From: a virus | DNA length: 64,000 nucleotides | Virus record (IMG/VR): IMGVR_UViG_3300021964_000023 | Span: 1-64,000 of that record | Direction: 5' to 3' (one strand) | Shown: positions 38,734 through 49,171 of the stretch, in pieces | Numbering within the stretch: the stretch's first letter is position 1 | Layout: every line of letters begins with the position of its first letter | Position numbers and translations under genes: made by a program | Notes under the pieces: model-generated | The model's input: only the letters and a program-made list of their open reading frames with translations | Databases searched by the model: none | What the model was told of the DNA's origin: nothing

Positions 38734-39543
38734 ATGTTTAAGATGAAGGATGTTCTGATAACTTTTGGATGTAGTTGGACCTTTGGTCAAGGTTCTGCAT
38801 ACAAAGAAGGGATGACAGAAGATGAATACGATAAAATTTATCTTGACAAAGATTTATGTTGGGAGAATGGTTGGAGAAGACATGTTGTAGAACATTTTGA
38901 TTTTGACCATATAAACTTTGGTCTTGGTGGTAGTAGTAATGATAAGCAGTTTAGATTAGCACAAAAATTCTTTGTATCTAAAAGATTCAAAGAGATATAT
39001 CAACAAAATAGAAAGATATATGTTTTATGGGGTACAACTTCTGTTAATAGATATGATTTTTGGATCAAACAAAACTATCAGTATGAGCATATCTTTTTAA
39101 AGCATACTGATGGTCAGGATGTTCATCCAGATCTATTTGGAAGAAATTCAGAACCTATAGACCATATTGCTGCTTGTTTGACTAAATATTCTTACTATGA
39201 ACCTGCTAGAGTAAAAGAATTAGAACTTCAATTTTTACATTGGAATCAGTATTTTAAACTACTGGGTATTAAAAATTTTTGGTATGATACATTCTCTTCA
39301 TTTAATTATTCAGTAGATCTTCCAAACTTTTTTGACTTGAAGAAAAGAAGAAGAGATCTTTTATCTGTTCTCGTCAATAAGCATAGAGAAAAAGTCAAAT
39401 CAAAAATACCTATATGGCATATTGATGATTTTGTATATGCCCGTGATAATAATTTGCTGAATCCATATACATATCATCCCAAAACTGATGGATATAAGCA
39501 ACTAGGTGATCATATGATCAAAAAACTTCAGGAGCATATCTAA
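38734..39543 (+). CDS. SGNH/GDSL-like hydrolase or acyltransferase
   Basis: FGCSWTFG (block I-like), NFGLGGSSN (block II-like) and C-terminal YHPKTDGY (block V-like). Confidence 0.55.
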   Translation: MFKMKDVLITFGCSWTFGQGSAYKEGMTEDEYDKIYLDKDLCWENGWRRHVVEHFDFDHINFGLGGSSNDKQFRLAQKFFVSKRFKEIYQQNRKIYVLWGTTSVNRYDFWIKQNYQYEHIFLKHTDGQDVHPDLFGRNSEPIDHIAACLTKYSYYEPARVKELELQFLHWNQYFKLLGIKNFWYDTFSSFNYSVDLPNFFDLKKRRRDLLSVLVNKHREKVKSKIPIWHIDDFVYARDNNLLNPYTYHPKTDGYKQLGDHMIKKLQEHI

Positions 39544-40115
39544 TGGCATTCCCAAACGTAGGAAACGCCTACACCAATCAGATACAAAATAGAAACTTCT
39601 TATCCTCAATTGGATTCAGATTTACTCTGAGTAGAGCAAGGAAGGTATCGTTCTTTTCTAACAAAGCAAATATTCCTGGAATTACTTTAGGTATTGCTGA
39701 ACAACCAACATATCTTAAGAACATTGATCTTCCTGGAGACAAATTACAATACTCTGATTTTACTCTAAGTTTTATTGTTGATGAGAACTTAGAGAATTAC
39801 ATGCAAATCCATAAATGGATTAGAGGACTTGGATTCCCAGAATCTCAAAATGAGATATTTGAATTACAAAGAGATGATCCAACTCAAGTTAGATATGATG
39901 GACAGGGAATGAATATCTATTCTGATGGCACTCTTGCTGTTTTGAATAGTAATCAAAGAACTGTATTTAATGTTGAGTTCACTGACATGTTCCCATATAA
40001 CTTGTCAGATCTATCTTTTGATGCTACCAATACAGACACTGAATACTTTACGGCAGAGGTCGATTTCAAGTATACTATCTACAATATAACAGATCCTGAA
40101 GGCAATAGACTATGA
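39543..40115 (+). CDS. gp3: Tail completion / tube terminator gp3
   Basis: NRNFLS..GFRF, ANIPGITLG, PGDKL.Y..F.VDENLENY; synteny. Confidence 0.88.
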   Translation: MAFPNVGNAYTNQIQNRNFLSSIGFRFTLSRARKVSFFSNKANIPGITLGIAEQPTYLKNIDLPGDKLQYSDFTLSFIVDENLENYMQIHKWIRGLGFPESQNEIFELQRDDPTQVRYDGQGMNIYSDGTLAVLNSNQRTVFNVEFTDMFPYNLSDLSFDATNTDTEYFTAEVDFKYTIYNITDPEGNRL

Positions 40116-40546
40116 TCGATCTTGAATCTATCCAAGAGATGTGGAAGAAGGACTCTCACATCAACATGGATAACTTACATGATGAGTCAATTAAGGTCCC
40201 CGCGTTACATGCTAAATATTTCGAGATTTACAATACTGTAATTCTTCTTAAGAAAAAAGCGGAACAAACCCGCAAGAATGTCAGGCACGAACGTTACGAA
40301 TACTTCACAGGTAAAGCAGATCCTGAAGTGTACGTGGAATCACCATTCCCCAAAAAAGTAAGAGACAAAGACACTCTACAAAAATATCTTGACGCAGACG
40401 ACAAATTATCACAAATAAGTTTGAAGGTTGAATATTACGATGTCACTTTAAACTATTTGGAAAGCATTCTGAAGGTAATTCAGAACAGAACTTACCAGAT
40501 AAAGAATGCTATTGACTTCCTAAAATTCCAGGCAGGATATGGCTAA
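40112..40546 (+). CDS. uvsY: Recombination mediator UvsY
   Basis: W.KDS.I...LH.ES..P.LHAKY, RTYQIKNAIDF. Confidence 0.9.
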   Translation: MIDLESIQEMWKKDSHINMDNLHDESIKVPALHAKYFEIYNTVILLKKKAEQTRKNVRHERYEYFTGKADPEVYVESPFPKKVRDKDTLQKYLDADDKLSQISLKVEYYDVTLNYLESILKVIQNRTYQIKNAIDFLKFQAGYG

Positions 40547-42011
40547 TACTCATGATCTCCTTATTCAAAAATCAAATGAAGTCTTTGTAAAGATTAAGTG
40601 CGAACCTCATATTGAGTATGAGTTAAGAGACCACTTTAAATTTGAAGTTCCTAATGCTAAGTTTATGCCCCAGTATAGGGGTAGAAATTGGAATGGTGAG
40701 ATTCATTTGTTCGATATGAGAACAAAACAATTATATGTTGGGTTATTAGATAAACTTATATCTTTTTGTGAGACTTATAAGTATTCTTACAAATTTGAAG
40801 ATAATAAATTCTATGGTATGCCATTTGAGATAAATGATGGCATATCAAAAGAAGGTGTTAAAGATTATATGAATTCAATTACCTCAATTCGTCCCAGAGA
40901 CTATCAAATTGAGGGAGTATACGATGCTCTAAGACATAACAGAAAATTACTGATATCACCGACTGCCTCAGGTAAATCATTGATGATTTATTCAGTAGTT
41001 CGGTATTACTCAGATAAAGGGAAAAAAATCCTCTTAGTTGTTCCAACGACATCGCTAGTAGAGCAGATGTATAAGGACTTTGAGGATTATGGTTGGGATG
41101 CTCAGACATATTGCCACAAGATTTATTCTGGACGTGAAAAAGTTACGGATGCTCCTGTGACAATTACTACATGGCAGTCAATTTATAAATTAGATCGATC
41201 ATTTTTTGAGGATTATGAGGTGGTCATTGGTGATGAGGCGCACCTTTTTAAAAGTAAGTCTTTAATATCTATAATGACAAAGCTTCACCATGCCAAATAT
41301 AGGTTTGGATTTACAGGAACTTTGGATGGTACACAGACTCATAAGTGGGTTTTGGAAGGATTGTTTGGACCATCTTATAAAATTATTAGAACCGCAGAAT
41401 TGATGGCACAAGGTCATCTATCTAAACTTGATATTACATGCTTGGTATTAAAGCATAATCCTCAAATATTTGCAACCTATGAAGACGAAGTTCAGTTTAT
41501 AATTACTCATGAGAAGAGGAACAACTTTATTAAGAATTTAGCACTAGATCTTAAAGGAAACACTTTAATTCTATTCTCAAGAGTAGAAGCTCATGGCAAA
41601 CCTCTATATGAGATGATTGATGCTGCAAAAAAAGGAGATAGAAGAGTCTTCTTCGTTCATGGTGGTGTAGATACTGAAGAAAGAGAACTTGTTAGAGAAA
41701 TCACTGAAAGAGAAGAGAATGCAATTATTGTTGCTTCATATGGTGTATTTTCTACAGGAATAAATATAAGAAACCTACACAACGTGGTTTTTGCTTCACC
41801 CAGTAAATCCAGAATTCGTAACTTACAATCTATCGGAAGAGTCTTGAGAAAAGGCAAGAACAAGACCAAAGCAATGTTATATGACATCTCCGATGATTGT
41901 ACACACAAGTCAAGAAGAAACTATACGTTGAATCACCTGATTGAAAGAATCAAAGTTTACAATGAAGAGAAATTTAATTATGACATTATAAACGTCAATT
42001 TAAAGGTATAA
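40539..42011 (+). CDS. uvsW: SF2 helicase UvsW
   Basis: SPTASGKS, DEAH, GFTGT, LQSIGRVLR. Confidence 0.96.
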   Translation: MANTHDLLIQKSNEVFVKIKCEPHIEYELRDHFKFEVPNAKFMPQYRGRNWNGEIHLFDMRTKQLYVGLLDKLISFCETYKYSYKFEDNKFYGMPFEINDGISKEGVKDYMNSITSIRPRDYQIEGVYDALRHNRKLLISPTASGKSLMIYSVVRYYSDKGKKILLVVPTTSLVEQMYKDFEDYGWDAQTYCHKIYSGREKVTDAPVTITTWQSIYKLDRSFFEDYEVVIGDEAHLFKSKSLISIMTKLHHAKYRFGFTGTLDGTQTHKWVLEGLFGPSYKIIRTAELMAQGHLSKLDITCLVLKHNPQIFATYEDEVQFIITHEKRNNFIKNLALDLKGNTLILFSRVEAHGKPLYEMIDAAKKGDRRVFFVHGGVDTEERELVREITEREENAIIVASYGVFSTGINIRNLHNVVFASPSKSRIRNLQSIGRVLRKGKNKTKAMLYDISDDCTHKSRRNYTLNHLIERIKVYNEEKFNYDIINVNLKV

Positions 42012-42014
42012 CAT

Positions 42015-42422
42015 ATGGAAGATGATTTTTACGCAACTATCAAATTAAGATCTGGAGAAGAGATATTCTCAAAAGTCTCACCCTGTACAGAAGAAGAAAA
42101 AACATTCTTACTTGTCTCAAATCCAATTACATTCTCTGAAGTTAAGACTAAAAGAGGTGTATCTGGTTACAAGATGGAATCTTGGTTAAAAACTTCTCGT
42201 GATGACATGTTCATTATAGATATGGGTGATGTCATGACCATGAGTGAGTCTAAGGACATTGAAATGATCATGATGTACCAAGCATGGATTAGAGAGTCTA
42301 AAGACTTTACTGATTCTGAGGATCCCACTGGATACAGACAAAGAATCGATAGAAAGATGGGTAGGATCGGTAACGTCAACGATACCAAAGAGATCCTAGA
42401 AAGATTATTTAAAGAAAGCTAA
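42015..42422 (+). CDS. Conserved hypothetical (Sm-like fold candidate)
   Basis: ATIKLRSGEEIFSKV; usual position between uvsW and gp55. Confidence 0.75.
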   Translation: MEDDFYATIKLRSGEEIFSKVSPCTEEEKTFLLVSNPITFSEVKTKRGVSGYKMESWLKTSRDDMFIIDMGDVMTMSESKDIEMIMMYQAWIRESKDFTDSEDPTGYRQRIDRKMGRIGNVNDTKEILERLFKES

Positions 42423-42449
42423 TATTGTTTCTGAACCTCCACAAAGGTT

Positions 42450-42478
42450 ATTGTACACAGATTCAGGGGTCTTGTCAA
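42450..42478 (-). promoter_or_regulatory. Antisense sigma70-type promoter
   Basis: On the - strand: TTGACA-17 nt-TACAAT. Confidence 0.7.
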
Positions 42479-42481
42479 GCC

Positions 42482-42510
42482 TTGTGTTTATTCGTTCATC
42501 TTGATATAAT
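42482..42510 (+). promoter_or_regulatory. sigma70-type promoter for gp55
   Basis: TTGTGT-17 nt-TATAAT with an extended -10 (TG). Confidence 0.55.
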
Positions 42511-42542
42511 AATGATATCACTGTGAACATAGATATACTATT

Positions 42543-43037
42543 ATGGTTATCGGACCCATGACTAAAAGAAAAAGATCAGTACACTATGTTAACAACAAAG
42601 AATTTCTTGCAGCATTAATTGCGTATAGGGAATCGGTACAGTTAGCAGCAACTAGAGGAGATCCAAAACCACAGATTACAAATTATCTGGGAGAATGTTT
42701 CTTAAAGATTGCAACACACTTGTCATTCAAGCCAAACTTTGTAAACTATATCTTTAAAGATGATATGATCTCTGATGGCATTGAGAACTGTGTTCAATAT
42801 ATCCATAACTTTGACCCTGAAAAGTCTCAAAACCCGTTTGCTTATTTCACTCAAATTATTCACTACGCGTTTCTACGTCGTATACAGAAGGAAAAGAAAC
42901 AGCTTGAGATTAAAAATAAGATCTTGGAGAAGACGGGTTTTGATGAAGTCTTCTACGATGATAACACGATTGACGGAGCAAACTACTCCGACTATAATCA
43001 AATAAAGGATAGTATTCATTCCAAGTCTAGGTATTGA
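42543..43037 (+). CDS. gp55: Late-transcription sigma factor gp55
   Basis: HYVNNKEFL, DMISDGIENC.QY..NFDPEKS.NPFAYFTQI. Confidence 0.96.
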   Translation: MVIGPMTKRKRSVHYVNNKEFLAALIAYRESVQLAATRGDPKPQITNYLGECFLKIATHLSFKPNFVNYIFKDDMISDGIENCVQYIHNFDPEKSQNPFAYFTQIIHYAFLRRIQKEKKQLEIKNKILEKTGFDEVFYDDNTIDGANYSDYNQIKDSIHSKSRY

Positions 43038-44080
43038 TGAAGGTTGCTATTATTACTGATCAGCACTTTGGTGCTCGTAAAAACTCTAAGCAATTTCACG
43101 ATTACTTCCTGAAGTTTTATAATGATGTGTTCTTCCCTACATTAGAGAAGCACAAAATTAAAACTGTTGTTGACATGGGTGATACCTTTGATAGTCGTAA
43201 AGGTATTGACTTTGCTGCTCTTGCTTGGGCAAAAGACAATTACTACGATCGACTTCAAGAGATGGGAGTCACTGTCCATACAATTGTAGGTAATCATACT
43301 GCATACTACAAAAATACAAATGAGTTGAATGCAGTTGATCTCTTGCTTAGAGAATATAAGAATGTCAAAGTATATTCTGAACCAACTGAAGCAAAGTTGG
43401 GTAAATTAAACGTATTGTTCATTCCTTGGATTAATGATGAAAATTTTGAAACTACCCATCAATCTATTAAAAGTAGCAGTAGCAAGTGCGCGATGGGGCA
43501 CCTTGAACTACGAGGATTTCCAGCTTATCGTGGACACACCATGGAGGAAGGTCTTGATGGCAAGTTATTTGCGTCGTTCACCCATGTCTTCAGTGGTCAC
43601 TATCACACTAGATCAACAGACGGAAGAATAAGTTATTTGGGTAATCCATACGAGATTTACTCAAATGATATTGGTGATGATAGAGGATTCCACATTCTCG
43701 ATACTACTACGATGGAATTGGAATCAATCAATAACCCATACACAATGTATGAAGTAATTGATTATGAGGATACTCCATATCAAACCTTTGATACCAGAAA
43801 GTATGAAGGCAAGATTGTCAAGTTGATTGTTCGTAAAAAGAGTGATCCTAAAAAGTATGAGAAGTTCGTTGATAAACTTCTTGGATCAGATATCAATGAG
43901 ATGAAAATTGTTGAAACCTTTGTCGATGTTGAGACAAACTTTGACGACTATGATCCAGAGTCCGAAGATACTATTTCTATTTTAAGTAAATATATTGATG
44001 ATTCTGATCTATCTCTAAATAAAGCAGAAGTCAAACATTTGATACATCAGGTTTACAAACAAGCATGTGAATTGATATAA
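43037..44080 (+). CDS. gp47: Recombination endonuclease gp47 (Mre11-like)
   Basis: ITDQHFG, GDTFD.RK, VGNH, FSGHYH. Confidence 0.96.
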   Translation: MKVAIITDQHFGARKNSKQFHDYFLKFYNDVFFPTLEKHKIKTVVDMGDTFDSRKGIDFAALAWAKDNYYDRLQEMGVTVHTIVGNHTAYYKNTNELNAVDLLLREYKNVKVYSEPTEAKLGKLNVLFIPWINDENFETTHQSIKSSSSKCAMGHLELRGFPAYRGHTMEEGLDGKLFASFTHVFSGHYHTRSTDGRISYLGNPYEIYSNDIGDDRGFHILDTTTMELESINNPYTMYEVIDYEDTPYQTFDTRKYEGKIVKLIVRKKSDPKKYEKFVDKLLGSDINEMKIVETFVDVETNFDDYDPESEDTISILSKYIDDSDLSLNKAEVKHLIHQVYKQACELI

Positions 44081-44081
44081 T

Positions 44082-44342
44082 ATGTTTATTCTCACTCTAT
44101 CTGGAAAAAATAAAGAAGGAGCATACTCTGTCACGAATAGTAAAGGAAATCAAATCCTTTATATTTTTGAGCAAGAAGATGATGCTCTTCGTTTTTCTAT
44201 GATGCTTGAGGATAAGGATTATCCAGAATTGGATGTTGTTGAAGTAGATGATGATCTCATGATTCAAACATGTGAGATGCATGAGTATAACTATGCCATC
44301 ATTACTGCCAATGATCTTGTAATACCGCCAGATGAAGATTAA
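44082..44342 (+). CDS. Conserved hypothetical protein
   Basis: 86-aa ORF between gp47 and gp46 (LYIFEQEDDALRF). Confidence 0.75.
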   Translation: MFILTLSGKNKEGAYSVTNSKGNQILYIFEQEDDALRFSMMLEDKDYPELDVVEVDDDLMIQTCEMHEYNYAIITANDLVIPPDED

Positions 44343-46054
44343 TGATTTGTTTTGAGAAGATTCGTTACAAGAACTTTCTTAGTACTGGAAATCAATTTAC
44401 TGAATTAGATTTTACAAAAGCATCAACTACTCTTGTTGTTGGCAACAATGGTGCTGGTAAAAGCACAATGCTTGATGCATTGACTTTCTCTCTATTCGGT
44501 AAATCATATCGCGGTGTTAATAAACCTCTCTTGATTAACTCTGTTAACGAGAAGGATTGTCTTGTTGAGATTGAATTTAAAATTGGGAATACTGCTTGGA
44601 AGGTTGTGCGTGGCATTAAACCTACAGTATTCCAAATTTATAAAGATGGGGAACTATTAAACTCTGATGCAGCTTCCAAAGACCAGCAGACCTGGTTGGA
44701 GAGAGTAGTTCTAAAGATGAATTATAAGTCATTTACTCAGATCGTGATTCTGGGTAGTAGTAACTTCATTCCCTTTATGCAACTCCCTGCAGCATCTAGG
44801 AGAGAAGTTATTGAAGATTTGTTGGATATTAAAATCTTCTCCTCTATGAATACTGTTGTAAAGGAGAATATTAAATCAATTAAAGATGAAATTCGTACTC
44901 TAGACTATAAGACCGATAATCTTGAAGAGAAGGTCAAGATGCAAAAAGACTTCATTGTAGAAGTTGAGAGACTTGCTACAGAAGATATTGGTGCCAAGAA
45001 AAATCAAATCAAAACTCTAACAGATACTCAAGATAAACTTTTAAAAGACTCTTTGGATGTTGAGAATTCTTTGATTGAAAAGCAAAAAGAACTTGAAAAG
45101 TATTCTGGTGCAACTGCTAAGTTGAGGAAGTTGGGTAATTTAAAGGGTAAGATCTCACAGAAGGTATCTGTCATTACTGAAGAACATAAGTTTTTTAGTG
45201 ATAATACGGTTTGCCCCACTTGTACCCAGTCTATTGAAGAGACCTTTAGAATAAATAGAATTAGCGACGCTCAAAATAAAGCAAAAGAGTTGCGTTCTGG
45301 TTTTATACAACTAGAAGAGGCAATTAAAGAGGAAGAAGATCGAGAGCGTCACTTCTCTACAGTTTCTAAAGAGGTTACTAACCTTACACATGAGATTTCT
45401 CAAATCAATACTAAGATCTCTGGATATCAAAGACAAGTCCGAGATCTTGAACAGGAAATTCAAACTGTTGCCACTAGACTTGCAGAAAGAAATTCTGAAC
45501 ATGAGAAGCTAGAGAGTTTACAAGAACAATTTAGGACCGCTTCCGAAGAGACGGAATCTAAAAAAGATCAACTGACTAACTTTAACTTTGTGTATGATCT
45601 TTTAAAAGATGGAGGCGTCAAAACACAAATCATTAAAAAGTATCTGCCACTTATTAACAGTCAAGTTAATAAGTATTTGCAGATGATGGAGTTTTTCATT
45701 AACTTCTGCCTGGACGAGGAGTTTAATGAATCAATCCAATCTCCCATCCAAGAGGATTTTTCTTACTCTTCATTCAGTGAAGGTGAGAAGATGCGTATCG
45801 ATCTTGCTCTCTTGTTTACGTGGAGAGAGATTGCTAAGATTAAGAACTCTTTAAATTGTAACCTCATCATCTTTGACGAAACTTTTGACTCGTCTCTTGA
45901 TGGGTTTGGAACCGATGAATTCATGAAGATTATTCGGTTTGTTATTAAGGACGCTAATACGTTTGTCATCTCTCATAAAGAGGGAATGCGTGATAAGTTC
46001 TTAAACGTGTTAAAATTTGAGAAGCAAAAGGGATTCAGTAGGTTAGTTGTATGA
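44342..46054 (+). CDS. gp46: Recombination ATPase gp46 (Rad50-like)
   Basis: GNNGAGKST, zinc hook CPTC, FSEGEKMRIDL, FDETFDSSLD. Confidence 0.97.
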   Translation: MICFEKIRYKNFLSTGNQFTELDFTKASTTLVVGNNGAGKSTMLDALTFSLFGKSYRGVNKPLLINSVNEKDCLVEIEFKIGNTAWKVVRGIKPTVFQIYKDGELLNSDAASKDQQTWLERVVLKMNYKSFTQIVILGSSNFIPFMQLPAASRREVIEDLLDIKIFSSMNTVVKENIKSIKDEIRTLDYKTDNLEEKVKMQKDFIVEVERLATEDIGAKKNQIKTLTDTQDKLLKDSLDVENSLIEKQKELEKYSGATAKLRKLGNLKGKISQKVSVITEEHKFFSDNTVCPTCTQSIEETFRINRISDAQNKAKELRSGFIQLEEAIKEEEDRERHFSTVSKEVTNLTHEISQINTKISGYQRQVRDLEQEIQTVATRLAERNSEHEKLESLQEQFRTASEETESKKDQLTNFNFVYDLLKDGGVKTQIIKKYLPLINSQVNKYLQMMEFFINFCLDEEFNESIQSPIQEDFSYSSFSEGEKMRIDLALLFTWREIAKIKNSLNCNLIIFDETFDSSLDGFGTDEFMKIIRFVIKDANTFVISHKEGMRDKFLNVLKFEKQKGFSRLVV

Positions 46055-46968
46055 ATTGCTTAGTAACAGGTGGTAGTGGATTTATTGGTTCTAATTTGGT
46101 AGATGCTCTAGTAGGTGCTGGACATACGGTAACAGTAATTGATAATGAGTATTCGGATGCTCATGACCAGTTTTATTACAATGAGAAGGCACATTATGTA
46201 AAGCAAGATATTTGTAATTACGAACTCACTAGAATTTTTTATTGTGGGGTTGATTGGGTCTTTCATCTTGCAGCAGAAGCAAGGATTCAACCAGCAATTA
46301 AAAATCCACTTAACGCTGTTAAAATTAATACTCTTGGTACAGCAACCGTTCTTCAATGTGCTAGAGAAGCAAATGTTAGCAGGGTGATTTACTCATCTAC
46401 TTCCTCTGCATATGGATTTAATTCTCCACCAAACACTGAGACTCAAGGAGATGACTGTCTGAATCCTTATTCAGTATCTAAGGTTGCTGGTGAGAAGTTG
46501 TGTGCGATGTATACTGATCTGTTTAATCTCAATACGATTATCTTCAGATACTTTAATGTTTATGGTGAGCGTCAACCACTTAAAGGTCAATATGCTCCTG
46601 TGATTGGAATTTTCCTTCGTCAACTTGCTAATGGTGAAGAGTTGACTGTAGTTGGTGATGGTGAGCAACGTAGAGACTTTACTCATGTCTCTGATGTTGT
46701 CCAGGCAAATATTCTTGCCGCAACTAAAGATCTACCTGAAGACGCTTTTGGTAAAGTTTATAATGTGGGTAATGGGGAGAACTACTCTGTCAATGAGATT
46801 GCAGCGATGATCTCTTCCAGGAAGCGATTCATTGATGCTCGTCCAGGAGAGGCAAGAATCACTCTTGCAGACAACTCTAGACTTAAAGAGACCCTTGGTT
46901 GGGAACCTACAGTAGACCTTAGGGAGTGGGTTGCCAAAGCAGTGGACAGTGTAAAAACTGGTTCCTGA
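46051..46968 (+). CDS. NAD-dependent nucleotide-sugar epimerase/dehydratase
   Basis: LVTGGSGFIGS, HLAA, YSVSK (YxxxK), RYFNVYG, RDFTHVSD. Confidence 0.92.
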   Translation: MNCLVTGGSGFIGSNLVDALVGAGHTVTVIDNEYSDAHDQFYYNEKAHYVKQDICNYELTRIFYCGVDWVFHLAAEARIQPAIKNPLNAVKINTLGTATVLQCAREANVSRVIYSSTSSAYGFNSPPNTETQGDDCLNPYSVSKVAGEKLCAMYTDLFNLNTIIFRYFNVYGERQPLKGQYAPVIGIFLRQLANGEELTVVGDGEQRRDFTHVSDVVQANILAATKDLPEDAFGKVYNVGNGENYSVNEIAAMISSRKRFIDARPGEARITLADNSRLKETLGWEPTVDLREWVAKAVDSVKTGS

Positions 46969-47022
46969 CCGTCCATATGGGGATTCCTCTTTGTATACTG
47001 TGTTCAGTTCAAACGAATCCCG
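46942..47022 (+). promoter_or_regulatory. Phage-type early/middle promoter, copy 1
   Basis: GTGGACAGT..AAACTG, TATACT at 46994, then TTCAGTTCAAAC leader; same layout as 49172-49239. Confidence 0.6.
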
Positions 47023-49170
47023 ATGACTATCAACCACGAAGTCAAAGGACAACTTGCAAAACTGCTTGCCACTGAAGACCTGGTGGTTGAGCATCGTGCT
47101 GTAGATACTGCTCAGTTTAATGTCCATACCCGAGTGCTGACGCTCCCTCAGTGGAACAAGGCATCTAATAATGTGTATGACCTTCTGGTGGGTCATGAAG
47201 TTGGTCACGCCCTATATACACCAGATGAAGATTGGATTAAGGATCGTAAGATCCCACCACAGATTGTCAATGTTGTCGAAGACGCTCGTATCGAGAAGAT
47301 GATGAAGCGTCGGTATGCTGGTCTTTCCAAGACCTTCTACCGAGGATACGAGGAGTTGGCAGCAGAAGACTTCTTTAGTATTGATGATGAAGATGTGTCA
47401 ACCTTCAATCTTGCAGACAAAATCAACCTGTACTGTAAGATTGGTAATTACGTAGACATTCCATTCACTAATGAAGAAGAGTCTCTTCTATCTGCAGTTT
47501 GCGATTGTGAGACTTTTGCACAAGTGCTGGATGTATCAGAAGCAATTTATAACTATTGCAAGGATGAACAGAAATCAGAGTCCCCTGCAGACGTTCAATT
47601 ACAGCCGAATAATGGTGGGTCTTCCACCATCCCACAGGGATCAGATAGTCAGGAGGGAGAATCAGAATCCCCGTCCAGCGAATTATCCCAAGGAACCAAC
47701 GATTCTAACGATGATGATATTCAGGGATCTCCCACAGATGTAGCAGATCAACCCACTATGGGTGGAGATAATGGTGGAGACTTCAATGTTGATACGATGA
47801 AATCATTTGAGGATGCCATTAAGGATCTGACTAGTGATCAATCTTATGAGAATCAATATCTTGAGGTTCCTAAGGTTAATCTTGACGCCATTATTATTCC
47901 AAACGAGGAAGTCTATCGGGATGTTCCTGAACGTTGGAATGATATTGATCCAAAATACTTTTATGAAGTTGATAAGAGATACTCTGAGTTCAAGAAGTCG
48001 GCTCAAAAAGAAGTCAACTATTTGGTAAAGGAGTTTGAATGTCGCAAGTCTGCCAGCGCATATGCTCGCGCTACCACTGCTCGTACTGGTGTCCTAGACT
48101 GCACTAAGCTTCACACCTATAAGTACAATGAAGATTTGTTCAAGAAGGTCAGTGTTGTTCCTGATGGTAAGAATCATGGATTGATTTTTATCCTTGATTG
48201 GTCTGGATCGATGGCAGATGTTCTTACAGATACTGTCAAACAACTGTTCAACTTGATCTGGTTCTGCAAAAAGGTCAGTATTCCCTTCGAGGTATATGCC
48301 TTTACTAGTGACTTCCCTAAGTATGGATTTAGTGTCGATGAGGACGGAGAGCGCATCTATAAATGTCCTCCAGATACATATAAGAAGCGGGATGGTGTTT
48401 TGCAAGTCTATGAACAGTTCTCTTTGATGAACATGTTTTCTAGTAAGACAAAGATCAAAGAACTGGACAATCAGATGAAGACTATCTTCCGCATTGCAGA
48501 AGGGTTTAATCGCAATCACTATACTTATTATCCCATTCCTGGCAAACTATCTCTGTCAGGCACTCCCCTGAATGATACTCTTATTGCTTTGCATGAGATT
48601 ATTCCTCAATTCAAGGAGAAGAATAATATTGAGAAGGTTCAGTGTGTGATTCTTACTGATGGTGAAGCACCTCCTTTGAAGTTCCATAAGACTGTTCAGC
48701 GTCACTGGGAGAATGAACCTTATCTTGGTGTTCGTCAGGTTTGTAACAACAACTGTATTCTTCGTGACCGTAAACTTGGAACTACTTATTCTCTAAATGG
48801 TAACTGGTATGAGGTTACCGATGTTCTTTTGACTCATCTCAAGGATAAGTTCAAGGATACTAACTTTATTGGTATTCGTGTTCTTGAAGGTCGTGATGCC
48901 CATAGTTTTATTGCTCGTTACTATGGTCGATGGAATGATGATCATGATCGCATTCATGCCATCTGGAGGAGGGAGCGTGCATTTACGATCACCAACTCTG
49001 GATATCATTCTTACTTTGCTATGTCTGCAACTTCTTTGGCACAGGACAACACCTTTGATGTCAAAGAGGATGCAACCAAATCCCAGATCAAGAGTGCATT
49101 TGTTAAGAGTCTTCGTACTAAGAAAATGAACAAGCGAGTCTTGAACGAGTTCATCGATCTGGTCGCTTGA
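47023..49170 (+). CDS. Metallopeptidase-like/VWA protein (CobT-like partner of the AAA ATPase)
   Basis: HEVGH (HExxH), NVVEDARIE, MIDAS DWSGS and LTDGE. Confidence 0.8.
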   Translation: MTINHEVKGQLAKLLATEDLVVEHRAVDTAQFNVHTRVLTLPQWNKASNNVYDLLVGHEVGHALYTPDEDWIKDRKIPPQIVNVVEDARIEKMMKRRYAGLSKTFYRGYEELAAEDFFSIDDEDVSTFNLADKINLYCKIGNYVDIPFTNEEESLLSAVCDCETFAQVLDVSEAIYNYCKDEQKSESPADVQLQPNNGGSSTIPQGSDSQEGESESPSSELSQGTNDSNDDDIQGSPTDVADQPTMGGDNGGDFNVDTMKSFEDAIKDLTSDQSYENQYLEVPKVNLDAIIIPNEEVYRDVPERWNDIDPKYFYEVDKRYSEFKKSAQKEVNYLVKEFECRKSASAYARATTARTGVLDCTKLHTYKYNEDLFKKVSVVPDGKNHGLIFILDWSGSMADVLTDTVKQLFNLIWFCKKVSIPFEVYAFTSDFPKYGFSVDEDGERIYKCPPDTYKKRDGVLQVYEQFSLMNMFSSKTKIKELDNQMKTIFRIAEGFNRNHYTYYPIPGKLSLSGTPLNDTLIALHEIIPQFKEKNNIEKVQCVILTDGEAPPLKFHKTVQRHWENEPYLGVRQVCNNNCILRDRKLGTTYSLNGNWYEVTDVLLTHLKDKFKDTNFIGIRVLEGRDAHSFIARYYGRWNDDHDRIHAIWRRERAFTITNSGYHSYFAMSATSLAQDNTFDVKEDATKSQIKSAFVKSLRTKKMNKRVLNEFIDLVA

Positions 49171-49171
49171 T

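Noticed and set aside
37363-38790. 475-aa antisense ORF over gp23
   Set aside because: Shadow frame of a strongly codon-biased gene; no recognisable motifs or expression signals.
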